64,000 nucleotides of DNA from Chthoniobacterales bacterium (lineage in GTDB: Bacteria > Verrucomicrobiota > Verrucomicrobiia > Chthoniobacterales > Chthoniobacteraceae). Within the stretch, counting starts at the first letter, position 1; every line of letters begins with the position of its first letter. Made by a program: the position numbers and the translations under genes. Where the stretch lies: positions 128,001 through 192,000 of the forward strand of contig JBBQZX010000006.1 in NCBI GenBank assembly GCA_038207335.1. Reading direction: 5' to 3'. Shown here piece after piece: positions 48,730 to 56,357 of the stretch. The notes beneath the pieces are model-generated. The model ran no database searches. It had not been told where the DNA came from and saw only the letters and a program-made list of their open reading frames with translations.

Positions 48730-50829
48730 CTAGTCGTTCCGCTCGAAGCGCATCCGGAAACACCGGTCGCAGATGGGGTGCTTATGCGCCTCGGGCAGGC
48801 CGTGACCGCACCGCCGGCAGCGGCGAACGATCTTTTTCTTGAGAGAATTCGAGATGTATTGGTTCGCCGAAAACGACGCGGCGAGCGCGTCCTCCATGTC
48901 GGGGAAAAGGTCGGGCATCCGGTGATGCATCCAGCGATACGCGGCCAGCAGGCGCACGCGGCCTTCTGCATTTTGGAGCTGGTTCGCGTTCGTCGTGCTG
49001 CCCTCCGCGGAGAAAACCGGACCGCGCGGCATCGGCGACGGCACATCTTCCGCGACCGCGGAAACCCACTGCCGCCAGACGCGGATGTGGTCGCCGCTGC
49101 GCGTATCGACGGGGCAGGCGCAGAGCGCAAATTGCGTTGTGAGCGAGAGGCTGAAGTCGCCGATTTGTCCGGCGAGATCGCGCATCGAAGAGACGTCGGC
49201 CTTGCAGAAAAGATCGGTGTCGCCGGGCAGATTCGCGAAGCAATCGAGCAGCGACGGCAGATCGTTTTTACCCGTCTCGGTCGCGAGAAATTCGAGCATC
49301 TTGATGTGCGGCGCGATCGGCGCGATCATCGGCAGCGGCTCCGGCGGCGCAGCCATCGCCTCGCGAATGTGATCGAGATCGCGCCGGTTCAGCGCGGTCA
49401 CGACGCCGACTTCGTGCATGCCGTAACGTCCGGCGCGTCCGGCGATTTGGCGGATCGAGGAGTCGCCGAGCGTGATCTCTTTTTCACCGTCCCACTTGGT
49501 CAGCGTGGTGAAGACGATCGTCTTCACCGGCAGGTTCAGCCCCAAGCCGATGGCATCAGTCGCCGAGACGATCTTCGCCTCGCCGACGCTGAACCGACGG
49601 GCTTCTTCGCGCCGCACCTCCGGCGAGAGCGCGCCATAAACGGCCGCGCAATCCGACGCGCCGAGCGTCTGTTTCCACGCCAGCACATCTTTCCGGGAGA
49701 ACGAAATAAACGCCGACGCCTCCTCGACTTTCTTGTCGGGATCGAGCGGCGTCTCCGCGACTTCCAGCGGCGTGAGGCGCTCGGTGCGGATGATCTCCAG
49801 CGGCTCGCCGAGCCGGCTCGCGATCTCGCGCAGCACCGGCTCCGCGTCCGGCGAGCCAACAAAAATCACGAGCTTCGCGTTCACGCCGACGATTGCCTGC
49901 GTCCACGCCCAGCCGCGGTCTTTGTCCGCGATCATTTGCACCTCGTCGATGATCGCCACGTCGTATTCCGCGTCCGTCGCGAGCATCTCGATCGTCGAGG
50001 AAATGTGCCGCGCGCCGGCATCGAGGATGCGCTCCTCGCCGGTGATCAGCGAACACGGGATGCCGCCCGCCTTCATCCGATCCCAGAATTCCGCCGCCAT
50101 CAGCCGCAACGGCGCGAGATAAACGCCGCTCTGCGCCGCCGCGAGCTTTTGAAAAGCCTGATACGTCTTGCCCGAATTCGTCGGCCCCGAGATCAGCAAA
50201 AGCTGCCGCCCGCGCGCCCGCGCGCCGGGAAAAGTCTCGTGAAAACGATGCAGCGCGATCCCTTCCGCCATGCGGTGATTCGCCGCCCGCAGCGCGAGCT
50301 CGCGCACCGCGCTCGACGCGCGATCGACGAACAGCCGGACCGACAGCCGCCCCTCAATCTTGCGCAATTCCGCCTGAATGTCGGAGTCGCCCAGCCGGTC
50401 GCGATGCTCCGCGATCGCCTGCTCGATCCGCGGAAGCTGCACGGCGATTTCTTTTTTCAGCTCGACCACGAGCCGGCCCGCATCGCCGGAAAGCTGACGC
50501 AGCCTTGATCCGAGCGCCGCAGCATTACGCGGACGATTGAGCGGCAGCGTCTCGAAGACGCTCAACTCGCAGATGTGCCCGCCGACCAGCGCGCGCTCCG
50601 AGACCTCCGCGACGACCATCGTCACATCCCGCTCGCAGAAAAGTCCGAGCCCGGCCGCCTCGGGCAGCTCCGCGATTTCATCCCAGCGGTCGCGCAGCCA
50701 CGACTTGAAAATAGAGCGTCCGTGATGCGGCGTGGTCGGCGCGAGACCTTCCTGCGTGCGGCGTTGATCGAGCCAATGATCGAATTCGGCGCGGGTGAAA
50801 TGGCTGGAACGTTGCTCTAAAACTGACAT
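48730..50829 (-). CDS. SUV3-like SF2 RNA helicase with C-terminal CxxC...CxxC
   Basis: 'GPTNSGKTY', 'APLRLMA', 'DEVQM..DKDRGWAW', 'ATDAIGLGLNL', 'QIAGRAGRYG', 'YRWMHHRMP'. Confidence 0.9.
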   Translation of the reverse strand: MSVLEQRSSHFTRAEFDHWLDQRRTQEGLAPTTPHHGRSIFKSWLRDRWDEIAELPEAAGLGLFCERDVTMVVAEVSERALVGGHICELSVFETLPLNRPRNAAALGSRLRQLSGDAGRLVVELKKEIAVQLPRIEQAIAEHRDRLGDSDIQAELRKIEGRLSVRLFVDRASSAVRELALRAANHRMAEGIALHRFHETFPGARARGRQLLLISGPTNSGKTYQAFQKLAAAQSGVYLAPLRLMAAEFWDRMKAGGIPCSLITGEERILDAGARHISSTIEMLATDAEYDVAIIDEVQMIADKDRGWAWTQAIVGVNAKLVIFVGSPDAEPVLREIASRLGEPLEIIRTERLTPLEVAETPLDPDKKVEEASAFISFSRKDVLAWKQTLGASDCAAVYGALSPEVRREEARRFSVGEAKIVSATDAIGLGLNLPVKTIVFTTLTKWDGEKEITLGDSSIRQIAGRAGRYGMHEVGVVTALNRRDLDHIREAMAAPPEPLPMIAPIAPHIKMLEFLATETGKNDLPSLLDCFANLPGDTDLFCKADVSSMRDLAGQIGDFSLSLTTQFALCACPVDTRSGDHIRVWRQWVSAVAEDVPSPMPRGPVFSAEGSTTNANQLQNAEGRVRLLAAYRWMHHRMPDLFPDMEDALAASFSANQYISNSLKKKIVRRCRRCGHGLPEAHKHPICDRCFRMRFERND

Positions 50830-51230
50830 GGATTTTTCGTTAAATGGATGGAGCGCGGGCCGTCGTGCGGTTCACGACTGAGACAGCAGTGAGGAGCTGA
50901 AAAGCTCGCGCGAGCGCCCTGTTTCAGTCCCTTGCAAAGTCACTCGGGAAACAGCGCGCCGCGCACCATACACACCTCGCGCCCCTTTGCACGCATTTGC
51001 ATCGATGCGTCGGCGCGACTCCCCGGCAAGCCCCTCCACCTCCGCACCGCATTTCCCAAAATCACCTCGCCATCTCGTTCGACGACTTCGCGGACGCGCG
51101 CGTCTTCCTGCTCGGCGCGCCGCACGGAGACGTCCGCCTGCGCGTTCGCCCGCCACGGCCACGGCGACGCAGCCGGGACGGGTTTTTGTTGTCCGCGGAA
51201 GTCGAAACCTGTAGCACCGGTAGGAGCATC

Positions 51231-52217
51231 ATGGGTCGCTCACGAAAAGCATTTCGGATTAGACCTAATCTGCCGGACGAGCTGGCTGCTGAGTTAGGAA
51301 TTCCCACGGACCTCTCTGAATACGAGTCTGAGAAATACTTCGGGAGTTTTGAGGACCGCTTCTTCTACCACCACTTTGCCTATCGCGGACGAAGTCTCTA
51401 TCATTACACGCGACAAGAAGCCTTCGTCTCGATCATCAGCAATCAAACCTTCTGGGTCAGCAATGTTCGCCATTTCAGCGACTATTCGGAGATCGAATAT
51501 GCTTATGAGATTCTTCGGGGTTTGATTTCCGAAATCTCAGGGAAAGCAAAATACGGTTTGGAGCCCGCGTTCTTGCATCAAGTGATGAATGACGCAAAGC
51601 CCGATCAGCGAGACAGTTACGTGCTATGTTTCTCGACGAAGTTTGACGACCTGAACCAGTGGCGAAGCTACGCCGCGCCGGGGCTTGGATATTGCATGGG
51701 GTTCTCCACTGACTCCCTCGAACAACTTCAAGAGCGCTATCAGGGCCGCTTGGGTCAGTGCGTGTACTCCCGCAAGGCCCAGCGGGAGATATTGGGGGAA
51801 ATTTTGGCTTATGCGTTGCGGGATCTAGCATCCTATTTTCCCCATTACGGGAAGGGGGATATCAATGAAGGCTTGGTCGAGGCCCGTTCGATAGTGTTTG
51901 CAGCACACTTCGCCACCATTGCGCCTCTTTTTAAGAATCCGGCATTTGCTGACGAATCAGAGGTGAGACTTGTTTTCGATACCCCGAAAACCCCAGCTCC
52001 AATTAGATTCCGGTCTGGCAGTACCTCGATCGTGCCATTTATGGATGTGAACTTTCAGGTCAGCGACCTAACCGCAATCTCTCCAGAATCTTTGGTCGTC
52101 AAAACTTGCTCAAGACCAGAATTCGTTACGGGATCCGCGAAAAAATTCCTAGCGGCATGTGGGTACGAAAAAGTGTCGGTCACTTCTTCGAAAATACCGT
52201 TTCGCGAGGGGCTCTAA
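51231..52217 (+). CDS. DUF2971-like protein
   Basis: AGGAG RBS before ATG 51231; 'LYHYT', 'DYSE', 'CFS..DDLNQWRSYA..GYCMGF', 'KNPAFADESEVRL'; visibly lower GC than neighbours. Confidence 0.8.
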   Translation: MGRSRKAFRIRPNLPDELAAELGIPTDLSEYESEKYFGSFEDRFFYHHFAYRGRSLYHYTRQEAFVSIISNQTFWVSNVRHFSDYSEIEYAYEILRGLISEISGKAKYGLEPAFLHQVMNDAKPDQRDSYVLCFSTKFDDLNQWRSYAAPGLGYCMGFSTDSLEQLQERYQGRLGQCVYSRKAQREILGEILAYALRDLASYFPHYGKGDINEGLVEARSIVFAAHFATIAPLFKNPAFADESEVRLVFDTPKTPAPIRFRSGSTSIVPFMDVNFQVSDLTAISPESLVVKTCSRPEFVTGSAKKFLAACGYEKVSVTSSKIPFREGL

Positions 52218-52394
52218 ACAACCCGCCTTCGTTCCCCCAGCTCTGGCTTCGGGGCTGGGAGGGGGGCAGCTTCGTCCCGCTGGGGACTGAATGAGGAGTG
52301 GTATTCTCTCGGAGTTGGTCCACGGGTAGGCGGAGGGTGCCCCACCTTTCGACGGAGGCGATGGTTCCTCGTCTTTTTGGCGGGAAAGGCGCGG

Positions 52395-54425
52395 TCACGC
52401 GTCGGCTGGCGGGCTCACTTCGCGGATGGTCACGTCGCCGGTGAGTAGCGAGAGCTCGATGGGGTTGTCTCTCGCCGCGGTGAACGTGGCGGTGAAGCCA
52501 CCAGCTTTGAACTTGCCGATCTGGCCCGAGACGAAACCGAAATGGTCGCCGTCGCCGGCGCTGATGCCACCGGTGCCGATGACGGTGCCGAGGATTTGGA
52601 TATCCCGGATCGCCGAGATGGTGCCACCGGCGATGATCACGTCGTCTCCGTCGCCGAAGACATCCAGCGGCATGCCGATCACATTGTCGGCCTGGACGCC
52701 GGCCACGAGGTCGCTGGCGATCCAGTCGCCGCTGACGCGCACCGCTCTGATCTGCGCGTTTCCATTCACGGGGTTGAGGCTGAGGTCGTAGCCGGCGAGG
52801 ATTTGCGCGTGCTCGACGCGTCCGCGCACGGCGATTCGGGTGAGCGCCTGGTCCGTGGGGGCCGTGGGAATCGCCTGGCCGCGGGCGCTGATGACGACGG
52901 TGGAGGCGCCGGTGCCGGTATCCTGGTGGCCGACGATACTGCCGTAGACGTTCAGCTTGCCGATGTGGTCCCCCGCGCGGATCGTGGCGGAGTCGAGGAG
53001 GTCGCCCATGGTGCTGGTGTCGGTGCCGGCGAGGATCGAACCGCCGATGGTCAAACTGGCGATGCCTTTGGTCGCGAGGATCGAGCCCGTGTCCTCCAGA
53101 TCCGGATCAAGGTCGGCGATGCTGCCGCCGATGAGGTCGCGGCCGATCGCGATTTTGCCGATCGCGGCGCCGCTGATCGTGCCGCTGCTTTTGTTCGAGC
53201 CGCCGACGAGAGAGCCGCCGATGCTCACCGCCGCGAGATCCCGGCTGGAAATGAACCCGGAAACGATGCCGCCACCGCCCTGCAAGTCGTGGCCGATCTT
53301 CACCGCCGCTACGTCGCCCGTGGCCTGAAGCCCGCCGCTGGCTGGACCCGCACCGCCGACGACCGAGCCGCCGATGGTCGCAGAAGTGATATTTCCCAAT
53401 CCGCTGATGTAGCCCGACGCCTTGCCGGGGCCGCCGCGCACGTCGCCGTCGATCGTCACCGACTTGAGGAGGCCACTGCTGCGGATGAATCCGCTCTGGA
53501 AGCCGTTACCGCCTAGGAGCGAACCGCCGATGGTGATGCTCCCGATGCCGCCGTCGTCCGCCCCGAGGCCGGTGAAGCTCGCGATAACGCCCGAAGTCGC
53601 GCCGCCGCCGCCCTGCACATTGCCGCCGATCTTCACCGCGCCGAGGACGCTGCTGCTGCGGATTTGGCCACTGGAATCTCCCGCCCCACCGAGGAGCGAA
53701 CCGCCCACGGTCACGCTCTTGATGGAGCGCAGGTCGCTTTGAATGGAGCCCGTGCCGAGACCCGCGCCACCCTCGATATTGCCGCCGATTTTTACCGTTT
53801 CGATGCTTCCGCTGGTCTGGATCGACCCACTCCGGTCGGCCGCCCCGCCGATGAGCGAGCCGCCGATCTCGATCGTGCGGATGAACCCTTGGGAGCCACT
53901 GCCGGCGGCGGTGACGTGCAGGTAGGCATCCTTCACATCGTGCGCGATCTTGACCGTCCGGACCGCGCCGTCGATGTCGCTCACGAGGTCCCCCGTGCCC
54001 CCCTGGGTGGCGAGGCCGTAGCGGCCCATCGACTGCGAGGAGAGCAGCAGCAGCGCGTAGATCGAGGAGGTACTCGGATCACCGACGTCGATCGAGCCGA
54101 GATCGCCGGGGATCGTCACCCCGAGGAGATCGAGTCCCGTGGCGTTGACGCGGCCGACATTCACGTGGCCGTCGCCGAGCGGCCCGCGCTTGGCCGTCAC
54201 GGTGAGGTTCGTGCTGGCAAAAGCGGTCGGGTTCAGGGTGAAGTCGATGACTTGCAAATGCCGCGGATGCGTGGCATCGGCATCGCTAAAGACGAGCACG
54301 CCCGCCGCCGCGAGGTCGGCATTGACACCTTTGCTCGAGCTGACGGTGACGAGGTCGCCATCGAGGTCGGTGAAGGTAAAGACGGCGGCGGGAGCGATCC
54401 GGGCTTCGAGGGGTTCGATGTTCAT
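52395..54425 (-). CDS. Gly-rich extracellular beta-solenoid repeat protein with 'EPLEARIAPA' (LEPR-xLL-like) N-terminus
   Basis: 'MNIEPLEARIAPA', 'FTDLDGDLVTV'; about 11 copies of a roughly 26-aa 'I..V.IGG.L.GG.G..SG.I' unit. Confidence 0.85.
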   Translation of the reverse strand: MNIEPLEARIAPAAVFTFTDLDGDLVTVSSSKGVNADLAAAGVLVFSDADATHPRHLQVIDFTLNPTAFASTNLTVTAKRGPLGDGHVNVGRVNATGLDLLGVTIPGDLGSIDVGDPSTSSIYALLLLSSQSMGRYGLATQGGTGDLVSDIDGAVRTVKIAHDVKDAYLHVTAAGSGSQGFIRTIEIGGSLIGGAADRSGSIQTSGSIETVKIGGNIEGGAGLGTGSIQSDLRSIKSVTVGGSLLGGAGDSSGQIRSSSVLGAVKIGGNVQGGGGATSGVIASFTGLGADDGGIGSITIGGSLLGGNGFQSGFIRSSGLLKSVTIDGDVRGGPGKASGYISGLGNITSATIGGSVVGGAGPASGGLQATGDVAAVKIGHDLQGGGGIVSGFISSRDLAAVSIGGSLVGGSNKSSGTISGAAIGKIAIGRDLIGGSIADLDPDLEDTGSILATKGIASLTIGGSILAGTDTSTMGDLLDSATIRAGDHIGKLNVYGSIVGHQDTGTGASTVVISARGQAIPTAPTDQALTRIAVRGRVEHAQILAGYDLSLNPVNGNAQIRAVRVSGDWIASDLVAGVQADNVIGMPLDVFGDGDDVIIAGGTISAIRDIQILGTVIGTGGISAGDGDHFGFVSGQIGKFKAGGFTATFTAARDNPIELSLLTGDVTIREVSPPADA

Positions 54426-54492
54426 TTCGCGGACCTTCAAGTGAACGCTGGTGAAGCGCGAGAGAGATCGGCGGCATCCTGGCCTTCGCCCT

Positions 54493-54650
54493 TCACCGGG
54501 CACGCTCGTGCGGGGTTCGGATGAGAAAAGATGACGGGGTGGCGGAGCCGAACTCGACGAGGAGGTTTGAATCGTTCACGCCGAGGATGGTGGCGAGAGC
54601 GAGGCGGCATCCGAGGGGCTCGAAGTGGCTGGGGAAGTGGTCGTGATAGT
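54493..54650 (-). pseudogene. Relic of a second LEPR-like extracellular gene N-terminus
   Basis: 'FEPLGCRLALATILGVNDSNLLVEFGSATP' mirrors 'IEPLEARIAPA' followed by a DUF4394-like first strand; ends at a stop. Confidence 0.5.
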
Positions 54651-54756
54651 CCCGCGAAGCCCCGCTTCCGGCAGAGATGCCTCGGACATAGCAGCTTTGT
54701 TTCATCACTGGCCCGGATGATGCAAGCGACGTTTGCGTGCTTGGCGAAAGTTCCCG

Positions 54757-54793
54757 CTCGTTCCCAAAGTTAGCGCAGCGCTTTGGGGACGAG
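54757..54793. repeat. REP-like palindrome
   Basis: CTCGTTCCCAAAG-N11-CTTTGGGGACGAG (12/13 complementary); related pieces at 43345-43356 and about 52228-52254. Confidence 0.6.
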
Positions 54794-54884
54794 AGACGAA
54801 CTTGTGAAAGCGAGGACAGCGCGCAGCGCACCCCACGGAGAGTTCAGACTTGCGCGATTTTTTGAACGAAGCAGTCGCGGCTCT

Positions 54885-56297
54885 TCAGTCGGCCGCGCGG
54901 CCGGGTTCGCGCCGGCCGTTGCCGGGCCGCTTCGTGAGCGCATCGCCGAGGTCTTCGCGCGCCGTTTCGGCGAGGGCTTCGAGGCGTTTGACGACTTCGG
55001 GGTGCTCGCCGGCCACGTCCTGCGTCTCGCTCACATCGTTGCTGAGATGGTAGAGTTCGCGCCCGATTTCCTGCATCCGGTATTGGCCGGGGATGCCGTC
55101 CTTTCCCGGAGTCTGGCCCTGCATGGTGCGGGACTTGTGGGGGAAGAAGAGTTTCCAATCGCCGCTGCGGACCGCCTGCAGCGCGTTGGTGTCGTAGTAG
55201 AAAAAGTAGGCGTCATGCGGGTTTTTCGCGCCGGGGGCGCCGGTGAAGAGCGGCCAGATGTCGAGGCCGTCGATCCTTTGCGCGGGGAGTTCCGCGCCGA
55301 TGAGCCGGGCCACGGTGGGGAAGACATCGATGGTCATGGCGACCTCATCGCAGACGGTGTTCGCGGGGATTTTCCCCGGCCAGCGCGCGATGAACGGCTC
55401 GCGGTGCCCGCCGTCGAAGGTCGTCCCTTTCCCCTCGCGCAACGGGCTCGCGGAGCCGGCGTGATTGCCGTAGCTGAGCCACGGGCCGTTGTCGGAGGTG
55501 AAGATGACGAGGGTGTTTTCGTCGAGGCCGTTGCGCTTCAAGGCACCGAGGATTTCGCCGACGGCCCAGTCGATTTCCATGATGACGTCGCCATAGAGAC
55601 CGAGCTCGGATTTGCCGCGGAATTTATCGCTCACATGCAGCGGGACGTGCGGCATATTCGGCGTGACGTAGAGGAAGAAGGGGTGGCCTTTATTTCGCTC
55701 GATGAAGGAGACGGCGTGCTCGGCGTACTGCGTGGTGAGCTGCTCTTGATCCTCGTGCGTGAGGCCGATTTTGATCTGCTTTTCGCCATCGTAGAGCGGC
55801 AGCGGCGGGAACTTCGACTCGGGGTGCAGCGGCCACATGTCGTTCGAGTAGGGCAGGCCGAAATACTCGTCGAAGCCGTGCCGGGTCGGGAGAAATTGCG
55901 GGCGATCACCGAGATGCCATTTGCCGAAGATCGCCGTCGCGTAGCCGCGTGATTTCGCGAGCTGCGCGAGCGTCACTTCGTGGTCGCTGAGGCCGACTTT
56001 GGAGCCGGGCGGGAGCGCGCCGTTGATGCCGAGGCGGTTGGGATAACAGCCGGTGAGCAGCGCCACGCGCGACGCCGAGCAAACCGGCTGCGCGGCGTGC
56101 CAGTCCGTGAAGCGCCGGCCTTCGCGCGCCATCCGATCGAGGTTCGGTGTCTGAAAACCTTTCGCGCCGAAGACGCCGACATCCGCGTAGCCTTGGTCGT
56201 CGGTGAAAATGATGACGACGTTCGGAGGGCGCGCGTCCGCGAAAACGTGAGCGGCGGCGAGCAGGACGGCGGCGAAAACAGCTAGGAGGGAGCGCAT
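54885..56297 (-). CDS. Arylsulfatase-like (S1) sulfatase
   Basis: '[12 protein letters not shown]', '[11 protein letters not shown]', 'GKWHLG', 'GLPYSNDM', 'TSDNGPW'; signal peptide. Confidence 0.93.
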   Translation of the reverse strand: MRSLLAVFAAVLLAAAHVFADARPPNVVIIFTDDQGYADVGVFGAKGFQTPNLDRMAREGRRFTDWHAAQPVCSASRVALLTGCYPNRLGINGALPPGSKVGLSDHEVTLAQLAKSRGYATAIFGKWHLGDRPQFLPTRHGFDEYFGLPYSNDMWPLHPESKFPPLPLYDGEKQIKIGLTHEDQEQLTTQYAEHAVSFIERNKGHPFFLYVTPNMPHVPLHVSDKFRGKSELGLYGDVIMEIDWAVGEILGALKRNGLDENTLVIFTSDNGPWLSYGNHAGSASPLREGKGTTFDGGHREPFIARWPGKIPANTVCDEVAMTIDVFPTVARLIGAELPAQRIDGLDIWPLFTGAPGAKNPHDAYFFYYDTNALQAVRSGDWKLFFPHKSRTMQGQTPGKDGIPGQYRMQEIGRELYHLSNDVSETQDVAGEHPEVVKRLEALAETAREDLGDALTKRPGNGRREPGRAAD

Positions 56298-56357
56298 GGC
56301 GAAGTCGTAGCCAGCGCGGCGGTGCTCGCCAAACTTTCCGTGCCGGGAGGCGCGGGG

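Noticed and set aside
48778..50508. 576-aa plus-strand ORF
   Set aside because: Antisense shadow of the SUV3-like helicase.
50997..51230. Extension of the DUF2971 ORF
   Set aside because: Composition differs from the gene body, and a clear RBS precedes ATG 51231.
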